This document shows, one piece after another, positions 29,630 to 39,371 of a stretch of DNA of 64,000 nucleotides (positions within the stretch are counted from its first letter, which is position 1; each line of letters opens with the position of its first letter). The DNA is from a bacterium. Lineage in GTDB: Bacteria; UBA10199; 2-02-FULL-44-16; JAAZCA01. The stretch spans positions 320,001 through 384,000 of the forward strand of contig CAXXGI010000002.1 of NCBI GenBank assembly GCA_963674695.2, written 5' to 3'. Under the pieces are notes generated by a model. The model was not told the DNA's origin. It saw only the letters and a list, made by a program, of their open reading frames with translations, and made no database searches. The translations under genes were made by a program, and so were the position numbers.

Positions 29630-30511
29630 ATGACGAAATCGTTTCTTATTCTTCTCTCCGGCTTGCTTTTTCTCGCGGCGTTTTTTTCTCCGGCACACGC
29701 GGATAATGCGGCGCTGCCGGTCTTTGTCAGCATTCCGCCGCAGGCCTTTTTTGTCGAACGCATCGGCGGTGAGCATGTCTCCGTAGGCGTGTTGGTGGCG
29801 CCGGGACAGTCGCCGCACGCCTACGACCCCACGCCCCGACAGCTTGTCGATTTGGCACGGGCCAAATTCTTCTTCGCCATCGGCCTTCCGTTTGAGCGGA
29901 GCTTGTTGTCCAAGCTCGAGGGGTCGCATCCGAATCTTCGCATCGTACATACGGAGGAGGGGATCGCTCGTCGCCGGTTGCCGACGCATGATCATGGCGA
30001 TGGGCACGCCCATGAGGCGCTCGATCCACACACCTGGCTCAGCCCGAAGCTCGCATTGCACCAGGTGCGCGCGATAGCACTCGCGCTGGAAGCGGCCGAT
30101 CCGGAGCATGCAGCGACCTATCGAAAAAACCTCGTGGTACTCGCCGCAGAACTGAACCAACTCGATCGTACCATCGCGAAAGCGTTCGCTCCCTATCGCG
30201 GGAGATCCTTCTTCGTCGCGCACCCGGCGTTCGGCTATTTTGCCGACGCCTACGGTCTCGTGCAGGTGCCGATCGAACACGAGGGGAAGCGGCCGGGGGC
30301 GAGGGCACTGGCCGGGGTTATCGAGGATGCCCGGCACAAGGGCGCGCGCGTCGTCTTCGTCGAACCACAATTTTCTCAGCGCGAAGCGGATATGCTGGCG
30401 CGTGCAATCGGGGGGAGGGTCGTAACGCTCGACCCCCTGGCGCGCGATTATGCAATGAATCTCCGCACCATGGCCGATCGCATTCGTTCGGCGGTGGCGC
30501 AGGAGCGATAG
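29630..30511 (+). CDS. znuA: Zn/Mn ABC transporter substrate-binding protein
   Basis: SPHAYDPTP, His-rich loop, DPHTWLSP, HPAFGYF. Confidence 0.9.
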   Translation: MTKSFLILLSGLLFLAAFFSPAHADNAALPVFVSIPPQAFFVERIGGEHVSVGVLVAPGQSPHAYDPTPRQLVDLARAKFFFAIGLPFERSLLSKLEGSHPNLRIVHTEEGIARRRLPTHDHGDGHAHEALDPHTWLSPKLALHQVRAIALALEAADPEHAATYRKNLVVLAAELNQLDRTIAKAFAPYRGRSFFVAHPAFGYFADAYGLVQVPIEHEGKRPGARALAGVIEDARHKGARVVFVEPQFSQREADMLARAIGGRVVTLDPLARDYAMNLRTMADRIRSAVAQER

Positions 30512-30521
30512 GAGTCATCAC

Positions 30522-31277
30522 GTGACAGGACGACCGGTCATCGAAGTGCGCGATGTGAGCTTTTCCTATGATGGATCGCCCATCCTCGATGGAGTGAACC
30601 TCACCATCGATGAGCTCGATTGCGCCAGCATCGTCGGACCGAATGCGGGAGGCAAGACGACCCTCATCAAACTCTTCCTGGGGCTGCTCAAACCGCAGCG
30701 GGGGTCGGTGCGCATCTTCGGGCATTCGCCTGTCGAGGCGCGCACGCGCATCGGGTATATGCCACAACGCGTGCGCTTCGATCCCGCCTTTCCGGTCACG
30801 GCCTTCGACGTGGTGCTCATGGGGCGTCTGGGAACGGGGTCCTCCTGGGGGCGCTATCGGCGCGAGGACCGCGAAGCGGCACAACGCGCCCTGGCCGAGG
30901 TGGGGCTCGAGGAGAAACAGGCCGCATCGTTTTCGGCGCTTTCCGGCGGGCAGCAGCAGCGCGTGCTCATCGCGCGCGCGTTGGTCGGGACCCCTGAGAT
31001 CCTCCTCCTGGACGAACCCACCTCGAACCTCGACTTCGTCGTCGAGGGGAAGTTCTACGAGCTGCTCTGTCATCTCAACGAGCGCATGACGATCGTCATC
31101 GTTTCGCACGACATCGGATTCGTCTCGCGCTCGGTGCGCCGCGTCTTCTGCGTGAATCGCCAGGTCGTCGAACATCCGGTCGAGGATTTTACGGCCGAGG
31201 GTGTGGCGCATCTCTATGGCGGCGAGGTGCACCTGGTGCGCCACGATATTCGGAAGGAGGGCACGTGTCCTTCCTAG
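30522..31277 (+). CDS. znuC: Zn/Mn ABC transporter ATPase
   Basis: GPNAGGKTT, LSGGQQQR, LLLDEP, VSHD. Confidence 0.9.
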   Translation: MTGRPVIEVRDVSFSYDGSPILDGVNLTIDELDCASIVGPNAGGKTTLIKLFLGLLKPQRGSVRIFGHSPVEARTRIGYMPQRVRFDPAFPVTAFDVVLMGRLGTGSSWGRYRREDREAAQRALAEVGLEEKQAASFSALSGGQQQRVLIARALVGTPEILLLDEPTSNLDFVVEGKFYELLCHLNERMTIVIVSHDIGFVSRSVRRVFCVNRQVVEHPVEDFTAEGVAHLYGGEVHLVRHDIRKEGTCPS

Positions 31278-32107
31278 AGGCGCTCATCGGGTTTGCTTTT
31301 TTGCAGTATGCCTTGGCCGCAGGCCTGCTCGCGAGCATCGCCTGCGGGGTGGTCGGCTCTTACGTCGTCGTGCGGCGCATCACTTACATCGCCGGCGGCA
31401 TCGCGCACTCGGTGCTCGGTGGCATGGGTGCAGCGCGCTATCTCCAGGTGGTGCACGGTTGTGACTGGTGCACGCCGATGCTCGGCGCCGTGATCGCCGC
31501 GCTCGCTGCCGCAATGATCATTGGGGTGGTGAGCCTGAATGCGCGCCAGCGCGAGGACACGGTCATCGGCGCCATCTGGGCCATCGGCATGGCCACGGGG
31601 CTCCTCTTCATTTCGCAGACGCCGGGATACAGCGAAGATTTGATGAGCTATCTCTTCGGCAATATCCTCATGGTGAGTCCAACCGATCTCGTCGTCATCG
31701 GTGGACTCGACGCGATCGTGTTGATCGTGGGGATTCTGCTCTATCGCCCCCTCATGGCGGTTTGTTTCGACGAGGAGTTCGCGCGCCTGCGGGGCTTGGG
31801 CGTCACCTTCTACTACCTGCTGCTTCTGGGGCTCACCGCGCTCACCGTCGTCCTGCTCGTGACGGTGGTCGGCATCGTCATGGTCATCGCGCTCATCACG
31901 TTGCCGGCCGCGATCGCCGGTCGCTTCACCCGAACGCTCGGGGGGATGATGGCGCTGGCAACGGCGCTCGCCGCGGCATTCACCGTTGTGGGCCTCTGGC
32001 TGAGCTTTGCCCCCAATCTTCCCGCTGGTGCCACGATTATCCTCGTGGCCGGTGCTGTCTATCTCCTCGTTTCATTCGGCAAACGGCTTCCCCGACGCCG
32101 GGCATAA
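31265..32107 (+). CDS. znuB: Zn/Mn ABC transporter permease
   Basis: GIAHSVLGG, YLFGNIL, FDEEFA; start position approximate. Confidence 0.9.
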   Translation: MSFLEALIGFAFLQYALAAGLLASIACGVVGSYVVVRRITYIAGGIAHSVLGGMGAARYLQVVHGCDWCTPMLGAVIAALAAAMIIGVVSLNARQREDTVIGAIWAIGMATGLLFISQTPGYSEDLMSYLFGNILMVSPTDLVVIGGLDAIVLIVGILLYRPLMAVCFDEEFARLRGLGVTFYYLLLLGLTALTVVLLVTVVGIVMVIALITLPAAIAGRFTRTLGGMMALATALAAAFTVVGLWLSFAPNLPAGATIILVAGAVYLLVSFGKRLPRRRA

Positions 32108-32139
32108 TCAACCACGATGGCATGTGAAGGATTCCAAAG

Positions 32140-33372
32140 ATGGAAGCACACAGCCTTGGCAGCTATGTCAACGAATACATGATCGGCGGCGCGGCGTTCA
32201 TCATCATGCTGAGTATCCTGGTCAGCCGGGCGCTCGGGCGGTTTGCGATCCCGTCGCTCGCGGTCTTTCTCGGCATCGGCATGCTCGCCGGCTCCGAGGG
32301 CCTGGGCGGCATCACCTTCGACAACGCCTGGGTGGCGCAGTTCATCGGCCTGCTCGCCTTGGCCATCATCATTTTCTCCGGCGGTTTTCACACCGAGTGG
32401 AAGGAGATCCGCCCGCTCCTCAAAGAGGGGGCCGCACTCGCGACCGTCTCGGTCATCCTCACGGCGATCATGATCGGGGCCTTTGCGGCCTATTGGATCG
32501 ATATTCCGATCATCGGCGGCATGCTCCTGGGCGCCATCGTCTCCTCCACCGATGCGGCTGCGGTCTTTTCCGTCCTGCGTTCGCGCAACGTGAACATGCG
32601 CAAGGACATACGCGCCCTGCTCGAGTTCGAATCGGCCAGCAACGACCCCATGGCGGTGCTGCTCACCATCGGCGTCATCGAATACATCATGAGTCGGCAT
32701 GTCGGGCACAATCTCTTCGTGCTGGTGATGGCACAGCAGATCGCCGTGGGACTCGTGGTCGGCTACGCGTTTGCGCGCGCAACCGTCTTTCTGCTCGAAC
32801 GCATTCGCCTCGATTACAAGGGACTCTATCCGGTCCTGCTGTTATCGCTCGTCTGCATCACCTATGCGCTCACCGATGTGCTCGGTGGCAGCGGATTTCT
32901 GGCGGTCTACGTCATGGGCGTGACCATGGGTCATCGTCGCTTCCTGCACCGAGCGCTGCTCCAGGATTTTTTCGAGGGGCTGGCCTGGCTCTCGCAGATC
33001 GCCATGTTCGTCATCATGGGGTTGCTCGTCTTTCCTTCACGGCTTGCAACCATCTGGCAGCATGGGCTCGTCATCGCGGCATTCATCATGTTCGTCGCGC
33101 GACCGGCCAGCACCATGATCACGCTCGCCCCCTTTCGTATGGGGTGGCGCGAGCGCGTGCTCATCTCCTGGACGGGGCTGCGCGGTTCGGTGCCGATCCT
33201 CTTGGCCACCTTTCCGATCGTGGCGGGGGTGCCGCATGCCGATAAGATCTTCGACACGGTCTTCTTCGTTGTGCTCATCTCCATCCTCGTGCAGGGGATC
33301 ACCATCCCGCCCTTTGCGCGTATGCTCGGGCTCACGGAGGAGACGGCGGCCGAAACGAAAACGATAGCGTGA
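32140..33372 (+). CDS. CPA1 K+/H+ antiporter (CvrA/NhaP2-like, membrane domain only)
   Basis: SSTDAAAVF, EFESASNDP, GLRGSVPILLA. Confidence 0.88.
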   Translation: MEAHSLGSYVNEYMIGGAAFIIMLSILVSRALGRFAIPSLAVFLGIGMLAGSEGLGGITFDNAWVAQFIGLLALAIIIFSGGFHTEWKEIRPLLKEGAALATVSVILTAIMIGAFAAYWIDIPIIGGMLLGAIVSSTDAAAVFSVLRSRNVNMRKDIRALLEFESASNDPMAVLLTIGVIEYIMSRHVGHNLFVLVMAQQIAVGLVVGYAFARATVFLLERIRLDYKGLYPVLLLSLVCITYALTDVLGGSGFLAVYVMGVTMGHRRFLHRALLQDFFEGLAWLSQIAMFVIMGLLVFPSRLATIWQHGLVIAAFIMFVARPASTMITLAPFRMGWRERVLISWTGLRGSVPILLATFPIVAGVPHADKIFDTVFFVVLISILVQGITIPPFARMLGLTEETAAETKTIA

Positions 33373-33389
33373 AAGGATAAAGGATACCG

Positions 33390-34739
33390 ATGATGAAGAA
33401 CATTCGAAACTGGATTATGGGCACCTCTCAAAACGACCTTATCGGGAGCTGTCATCCTGAGCGTAGCGAAGGATCCCCTGAAATTTCATGGAGATCCTTC
33501 GCTATGCCCAGGATGACAATGCGAGAAATGGCAGTTTTTAGAGGTGCCCTTATTGTGGTCGCTCTCTTTTTTTCCATCGCCGGATGCGGCAGCTCGCCCG
33601 CGGCGATCTCACCCGAGATGCAGCAGCGCGTGACCGATGCCTTCACCACATCGCTCGCTTCAAACGGATTTCCCGGCGGAGTCTTCGGCATGATGCGCGC
33701 GGATGACGGCGCCTCGTTTGTCGTCGCCTCCGGCATGGCCGAGGCCGAGGACACTTCGAACATCGATCAATCCACCTGGACGACGAAGGTGGCGATGACC
33801 AGTGATACGCGCACGCGCGTCGCCAGCGTCTCCAAACCCTTCACCGCCATGGTGATCCTCATCCTCATCGATCGCGGATATGTGACGCTCGATGATGTGA
33901 TCGACGATTTCTTTCCCGGTCTCGTTCCCAACAGCTCCCGCATCACCGTGCGCAATCTGCTCAACATGGCCAGCGGTCTCTACGATCACGAGAACTCCGT
34001 TCCGCTCAACGAGGCGACGCTCTGCGGCGATATGACCGTGTATTATAGCCCTGAAGAACTCATCGCCATGTCCAACGAGGTGGGTGGGGGCGCGGTTATG
34101 TTCGAGCCGGGCGCGTATTACACCTACATCAACACGAACTTCACGATCCTGGCGATGATCGCGCAGCAGGCGACCGGACAGACCTACGGGGAGCTCGTCA
34201 CTGATCTGATCATCGGTCCGCTCAATCTCACGGGCACGAGCGTGCCGGAAAACGACGAGGCGACGATGGCCGCTCCTTACGCGCACGGCTATGACATCCC
34301 GGCCAGCGTGGGCGCCGGATTCGTCTGTGTCGGCGACGATGCGTGGCGCGACTACAGCGTCCAGAACATGTCGTGGGACCTCGGCGCCGGATCGATCGTC
34401 TCGACCTCGGCTGACCTCATGCGCTTCATGAAGGCGATCATGACCGGCGAACTCATCAGCGCCGAACTCCATGAAGCGATGCTCACCCCGCCGGCGATCA
34501 CCGATTTCGTGACGGGGGCGCCCAGCGCCTACGGCTTCGGCCTGATGGTGTTGGAAAATGGTTTCATCGGTCACGAGGGGGCCAACGCCGGCTACAATAC
34601 GCAGATGTGTTATTACAAGGGGTATTACTTCGGTGCCTTCGTCAACGCGGGGATATTTGTGACCATCGACGGCCAGCGGCTGACGGAATCGGTCGATGCC
34701 GTTTTTTCCAATGTCTATCACAGCGCCATTGAGCCCTGA
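33390..34739 (+). CDS. Serine hydrolase (beta-lactamase/DD-peptidase family) lipoprotein
   Basis: SVSK, YIN, GHEG motifs; lipobox IAGC; N-terminus carries an in-frame MITE. Confidence 0.88.
   Translation: MMKNIRNWIMGTSQNDLIGSCHPERSEGSPEISWRSFAMPRMTMREMAVFRGALIVVALFFSIAGCGSSPAAISPEMQQRVTDAFTTSLASNGFPGGVFGMMRADDGASFVVASGMAEAEDTSNIDQSTWTTKVAMTSDTRTRVASVSKPFTAMVILILIDRGYVTLDDVIDDFFPGLVPNSSRITVRNLLNMASGLYDHENSVPLNEATLCGDMTVYYSPEELIAMSNEVGGGAVMFEPGAYYTYINTNFTILAMIAQQATGQTYGELVTDLIIGPLNLTGTSVPENDEATMAAPYAHGYDIPASVGAGFVCVGDDAWRDYSVQNMSWDLGAGSIVSTSADLMRFMKAIMTGELISAELHEAMLTPPAITDFVTGAPSAYGFGLMVLENGFIGHEGANAGYNTQMCYYKGYYFGAFVNAGIFVTIDGQRLTESVDAVFSNVYHSAIEP
33419..33549. mobile_element. 131-bp MITE with TTAT target duplication
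   Basis: gggcacctctcaaaac ... gtttttagaggtgccc flanked by TTAT on both sides; internal gtcatcctgagc...ccaggatgac REP pair. Confidence 0.8.
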
Positions 34740-34795
34740 GGCGGCATGCGCACGTTGCATTTGCAATTGAGATTGCGCAGCGTTACCTTCCCTCC

Positions 34796-36328
34796 ATGTC
34801 CCGACACAAGCCGATGCTCTTCAAAAATGCTCGCGTTCACACGATGGATAACGTCGAGCCGCATGCTGATTGGTTCACCGCCCTGGGCGGGCGCATTCAG
34901 CGCATGGGTGAGGGTGCTGCGCCTGAGCTGCCTCATGCGATCGATCTCAAGGGTGCCACCGTCGTTCCTGGGTTCGTCGACGCGCATGCGCACTTCTTCC
35001 AGACCGGCGTCGATCTCCTCTTTATCGACATGAGTGGTGTGATGAATGTCGCCGAGGTCGGCGAGCGTATCACCAGCGTCCCCGGTGGTCCGCGCACCTG
35101 GGTCTTCGCCCAGGGGTTCGAAGAGGACGAGGTGAAAGACGCGCGTTTCGTCACGCGCGAGCACCTCGATGCGTTTGTGCCCACGCGCCCGGTCTGGATC
35201 AATCGCGTCGACTACCACTCGGCGGTCGTCAACAGCGCGGCGCTCTCGCGTCTGCGCATCCCCATCGGCATGCCGGGGCTGGTGCTCGAAAGCGGCCGGC
35301 CCAATGGGATCCTGCGGAGCGAAGCCTACTTCTATGCCAAGGCCAAGGTGACCGCACTCTATCCGCAGGAGGTCCGCGAGGGCGCCATCCGCGAGGCGAG
35401 CCGACGGTTTGTGCGCAGCGGCATCACCGCGGTGCATGCGCTCGAAGGCGGGCGCCTCTTTGGCGGCGAGGGAGTGTCCATGGTCCTGCGGCGCATCGAA
35501 TCGATTCCGCTCGATGTGACGCTCTTCCTCCAGGAGAAGAATATCTTCTTCACCACACGTCTGGGGTTTCGCCACCTGGGCGGGTGCATATTGATCGATG
35601 GCTCCATCGGGTCGTACACCGCCGCCATCGATGAGGACTATCCGGGTATGCCCGGCTATCGGGGCCAGCTCTATGAGAAGGCGCGTGAGTTCAACCGCTT
35701 CGTGGAGGAGGCGCATACGGCGGGTGTGCAGCTGGCCTTTCACGCCATCGGGCCGCGTGCGATCGATATGGTGCTCGATGCTTACGAGCGCGCCATGGAA
35801 CGGCACCCGCGCTACAACCACCGGCATCGCATCGAGCACTTCGAGATGGCCACCGACGAACAGATTCAGCGCGCGCGCAACATCGGCGTTGTGGCCTGCA
35901 TGCAGCCGAGCTTTGAATATCTCTGGGGCGGGCCGGACGGGATGTATGCCAAGCGCCTGGGGGAGGGCTGGCGGCGCACCAATCCGTTGCGCCGCGTGCT
36001 CGACGGCGGCATGCGCCTGGCGGGCGGTTCGGACGCCAACGTCACGCCGCCGGAACCGCTGCTGGGGATCCACGCCGCCGTCAATCACCCCAATCCCGAA
36101 CATCGCATCACGCCGTATGAGGCCCTGCACATGATGACGGTCGATGCCGCCTATGCCGCCTTCAACGAGGCGCGCCACGGTTCGCTCGTCGCGGGGAAAG
36201 AGGCCAACTTCGTCGTCCTCGGCGAGGATCCGCTCTCGGTCGATCCGAAGCGCATCAAGGACATCCCGGTGCTCGAGACCTGGTACGCCGGAAAACGCGT
36301 CTGGCGCAAAACCGACGAAGAGCGGTGA
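34796..36328 (+). CDS. Amidohydrolase (YtcJ-like, amidohydrolase 3)
   Basis: PGFVDAHAH, DGSIGSYTA, FHAIG, HRIEH, GSDA. Confidence 0.88.
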   Translation: MSRHKPMLFKNARVHTMDNVEPHADWFTALGGRIQRMGEGAAPELPHAIDLKGATVVPGFVDAHAHFFQTGVDLLFIDMSGVMNVAEVGERITSVPGGPRTWVFAQGFEEDEVKDARFVTREHLDAFVPTRPVWINRVDYHSAVVNSAALSRLRIPIGMPGLVLESGRPNGILRSEAYFYAKAKVTALYPQEVREGAIREASRRFVRSGITAVHALEGGRLFGGEGVSMVLRRIESIPLDVTLFLQEKNIFFTTRLGFRHLGGCILIDGSIGSYTAAIDEDYPGMPGYRGQLYEKAREFNRFVEEAHTAGVQLAFHAIGPRAIDMVLDAYERAMERHPRYNHRHRIEHFEMATDEQIQRARNIGVVACMQPSFEYLWGGPDGMYAKRLGEGWRRTNPLRRVLDGGMRLAGGSDANVTPPEPLLGIHAAVNHPNPEHRITPYEALHMMTVDAAYAAFNEARHGSLVAGKEANFVVLGEDPLSVDPKRIKDIPVLETWYAGKRVWRKTDEER

Positions 36329-36355
36329 AATGTGTGCCTCATTTGGAATACCCGC

Positions 36356-37120
36356 CTATTTTGAGTGCAAACATACGGGGAGGCGATCGCGCTTGAGGTC
36401 GTGCGTGCAGATGAAGCTGCGGCGTCCGCTCGTGCCCTGGAGGATAAGGGTGTCCTCGCTCGGGTCAGCCGTGATCTGGATCGTGGGCGCATAATAGATG
36501 CAGGCGCCCAGGTTCTCATTATAGCTGGCGCTCGGCATGATGTTGTCGTTCTCATCGAACATGCTCTGGTAGTAGACGTAGGTCACGCCCTGTTTTGGAT
36601 GCGAGGTATGCACCTCATATCCGTTCTGCTTGAGCACCTCTTTGGCGCCCTGCGAAAAGCGCATGGCCGATCCGATCGTCTCCAGCTCACCACAGACGCT
36701 GTCGAGCACGACTTTCGAGGAACCAAAATTGTCGGGGCCGAAAGAGGTCAGTTCGCCAATATGATCCCCCTTGCTCACGACGCCGTTGCGATCGGTGTCG
36801 ACGACGCGCATGCCGAGGCTGTTCTCTTCCCGCATGCGACGGTTGAACGCATTCACGCCTTCGCGATTCTTTGCCGATTCCTGCGCGATCTTGTACCAGG
36901 GCGATTTTTCGAGATCAGCCTTCGTGAGTTTTCCGATGCTGCGTTCGGAGAGGCTGACGAATTCATCCTGAGGTGTCGCCTTGCCATCATTATCCGCGTC
37001 GATGATGCGCACCGGAATGTGGGTATCCGATTTCGCTTTCCGTGCGCGCACGTCGATGGCCGCCGACGCCCGATTGGCCTGGTCGACGGTCGGTGTGAGT
37101 TTGAGTGTCTTGGCTCCCAT
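36356..37120 (-). CDS. Orphan protein with two EF-hand-like loops
   Basis: AAGGAG SD before ATG at 37120; DADNDGKATPQD and DTDRNGVVSKGD. Confidence 0.65.
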   Translation of the reverse strand: MGAKTLKLTPTVDQANRASAAIDVRARKAKSDTHIPVRIIDADNDGKATPQDEFVSLSERSIGKLTKADLEKSPWYKIAQESAKNREGVNAFNRRMREENSLGMRVVDTDRNGVVSKGDHIGELTSFGPDNFGSSKVVLDSVCGELETIGSAMRFSQGAKEVLKQNGYEVHTSHPKQGVTYVYYQSMFDENDNIMPSASYNENLGACIYYAPTIQITADPSEDTLILQGTSGRRSFICTHDLKRDRLPVCLHSK

Positions 37121-37171
37121 GGTCTTCTCCTTTGTGGTGATGAGGCTGTTCGCTTCCAACTGCCGGAAGGG

Positions 37172-37197
37172 ATATCGGCACAGATGCAGAAAGGTTG
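37172..37197 (-). promoter_or_regulatory. Sigma28-like promoter
   Basis: CAAC-N14-GCCGATAT. Confidence 0.55.
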
Positions 37198-37263
37198 CGC
37201 CCGATATGCGCATAGCGTGTACATTTGTGAACAATAGCAACGTAGAAATGAACGAGCGATCGC

Positions 37264-38055
37264 TCAGCGTGCGAGAAAGGCGAGGATTTGTTCGGCCCAT
37301 GCATCCGGGGCTTCGATGGGGAGGGCGTGTCCGGCTTCGATGTTGTGATGCACGGCCCCGTCAATTCCCCGCAGGAGCTTCTGTGCATCCCGCTCGGTCG
37401 AGATGATGTCCTGCGTTCCCGTAAGGATAAGCGTCGGCGCGGCAATTTTTTGCAGAAAGTCCGTGGAATCGAACGTTTTCAATACGCCACATTGGCGGCG
37501 AAGGTTTTCCAGTGTCGGTGGAAATGGCGCCGCGAGAGTCTCCCGTTTGCATTGAGCCATTTTCTCAGCATCATCGAGAAAGTTCGGGCCATAGCACCAC
37601 GGGGCCACGACGTCGAAGACGAGTTCCACGTGCGTGCCCTCCTCCAGGAGTGTGAGCGACGTGGCAAATGCCATGAGGACAGCGCTGCTCCAGTGCGGCG
37701 AGGTCGCTGACAGGATGAGCCTGTCGACCGCATCCGGGTGCCGCCAGGCGAGCGCCTGCGCGATCGTGCCGCCCATCGATTGCCCGACGACGTTGAAGGT
37801 TTCCATTCCGAGTGACCTGGCCAGCGCAACGGTGTCGTCCGCCATCGCCTCCGCCGTGAGCGGCTCTCCCCCGTCCTTTGTTTGTCCAATCCCCCGGTTG
37901 TCGAAGATGAGCACGCGGTGTTCACGTGCCAGCGCGTCGAGCACGTCGCCCCACTGGGTGTGATCCCCCGAATAACCGGAGACGAGCACCAGCGGCGAAC
38001 CCGCACCGTGCAGCTCATAGTAGTAGGAAGCGCTGTCGATGGCGATGCTGGGCAT
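37264..38055 (-). CDS. Alpha/beta hydrolase
   Basis: FDNRGIG, GQSMGG nucleophile elbow, GTQD, AGH. Confidence 0.9.
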   Translation of the reverse strand: MPSIAIDSASYYYELHGAGSPLVLVSGYSGDHTQWGDVLDALAREHRVLIFDNRGIGQTKDGGEPLTAEAMADDTVALARSLGMETFNVVGQSMGGTIAQALAWRHPDAVDRLILSATSPHWSSAVLMAFATSLTLLEEGTHVELVFDVVAPWCYGPNFLDDAEKMAQCKRETLAAPFPPTLENLRRQCGVLKTFDSTDFLQKIAAPTLILTGTQDIISTERDAQKLLRGIDGAVHHNIEAGHALPIEAPDAWAEQILAFLAR

Positions 38056-38068
38056 GAGCCTTTCTCCA

Positions 38069-39259
38069 CTACGATACGACGTCAAAATGAGGCAGGACGC
38101 GTTTGAGGTAGGTATCAAAGAGGGGAACGGTGAATTCGTTTTCTCCGTGGGATGGGCTGTAGATCATTCCTTTGCGAATGAGGTTTGCGCGGGTGGGGCC
38201 GACGGATTGAACTTCGCGTCCGAGAAGATGGGCGATATCGCCCGATCGACAGGATTCTCCTCCAAGTTCCGCCATTGCGCGAAGATATTTCTTTTCGCTT
38301 GGCGTAAGCCGATCGAACCGAACGCGAAAGAAACCGGCATCGAGTTCTGCAATGGCGTATTCCGTTGCCTCTTCGACATTCAATTGTGTGATTGGTGATT
38401 CAGGTGAACATGCCCAGCAATGCTTGCCCCATTCTTGAAGAAAATAGGGGTATGCTTTTGTTGCCTGTATGATCGCATCCAATGCGTCGTGTGTGTAATG
38501 AACGTCGGAACGTTCAGCAGGAATAACGAGTGCATTTCGTGCTGCTTCAGGAGTGAGTGCGCCGATTTCGATATATTCAAAAAGTCGTTCGGCATAGGAT
38601 TTAGCGCGGCCTGCTTGGCCGACCAGTTGGGGAAGACCTGCTCCGATGAGAAGGATGGGAAGCTGTTGTTGAGCGCATTTGTGAAGCGCCATGATCATGG
38701 CGGCGAATTGATCTTCTTGAATATATTGAATTTCATCGATGAAGAGGATGATCGCCGTTTGCTTTTCTCTTGCCGCACGACTCACTTCGATGAACAGATC
38801 GATGAGATCATGCTCGAGGTCTCCAGAATCAGCGCAGCCGGGTTCTGTTCCGAGGTCGAGTCCAAATTCAACGTCCTGATATTTCATCTTCATTGCGGAT
38901 ACAAAACCGCCGAGTGTTCGGAGCGCTCGTTTGCCCAGCTCCGTAGCCGCTGCCTTTCGGTTCAATTTGAGCAGTGCTGCTCGAAGGGTGGGGATGAGTA
39001 GCGCTGGTAGGGAACGTTTTTCCGGGGTTTCGATGGAAACCGTCAGAAATGAGGAGGCCTCTGCATCCTGGGACATGCGTGCGAGAAGGACTGTTTTGCC
39101 TACGCCGCGCAATCCGACCAACATCAGGCCTCGGGAGGCCAGGCCGTTTCGGCATCGGTCGATGGCGATCGATGCCTTTTCGAGGATGTCATTTCTCCCG
39201 GCGAGTTCAGGGGGGATGGTTCCGGCGCCGGGGGCATATGGATTGGTTCGGGGGTCCAT
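38069..39259 (-). CDS. P-loop ATPase (AAA/STAND-like) with C-terminal winged helix
   Basis: NPYAPGAG..PP.LAGR, GLRGVGKT, IDEIQ, YPYFLQ; visibly more AT-rich than its flanks. Confidence 0.85.
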   Translation of the reverse strand: MDPRTNPYAPGAGTIPPELAGRNDILEKASIAIDRCRNGLASRGLMLVGLRGVGKTVLLARMSQDAEASSFLTVSIETPEKRSLPALLIPTLRAALLKLNRKAAATELGKRALRTLGGFVSAMKMKYQDVEFGLDLGTEPGCADSGDLEHDLIDLFIEVSRAAREKQTAIILFIDEIQYIQEDQFAAMIMALHKCAQQQLPILLIGAGLPQLVGQAGRAKSYAERLFEYIEIGALTPEAARNALVIPAERSDVHYTHDALDAIIQATKAYPYFLQEWGKHCWACSPESPITQLNVEEATEYAIAELDAGFFRVRFDRLTPSEKKYLRAMAELGGESCRSGDIAHLLGREVQSVGPTRANLIRKGMIYSPSHGENEFTVPLFDTYLKRVLPHFDVVS

Positions 39260-39371
39260 ATTGAGTAAAATTAGTATAGTTTATCGTTTTTTGATAAACA
39301 ATGATAATTTCATTATATATGTGAGAGTGGTGGGAGGGGAATTGATATAATCCAATAATAACAATAGATTA

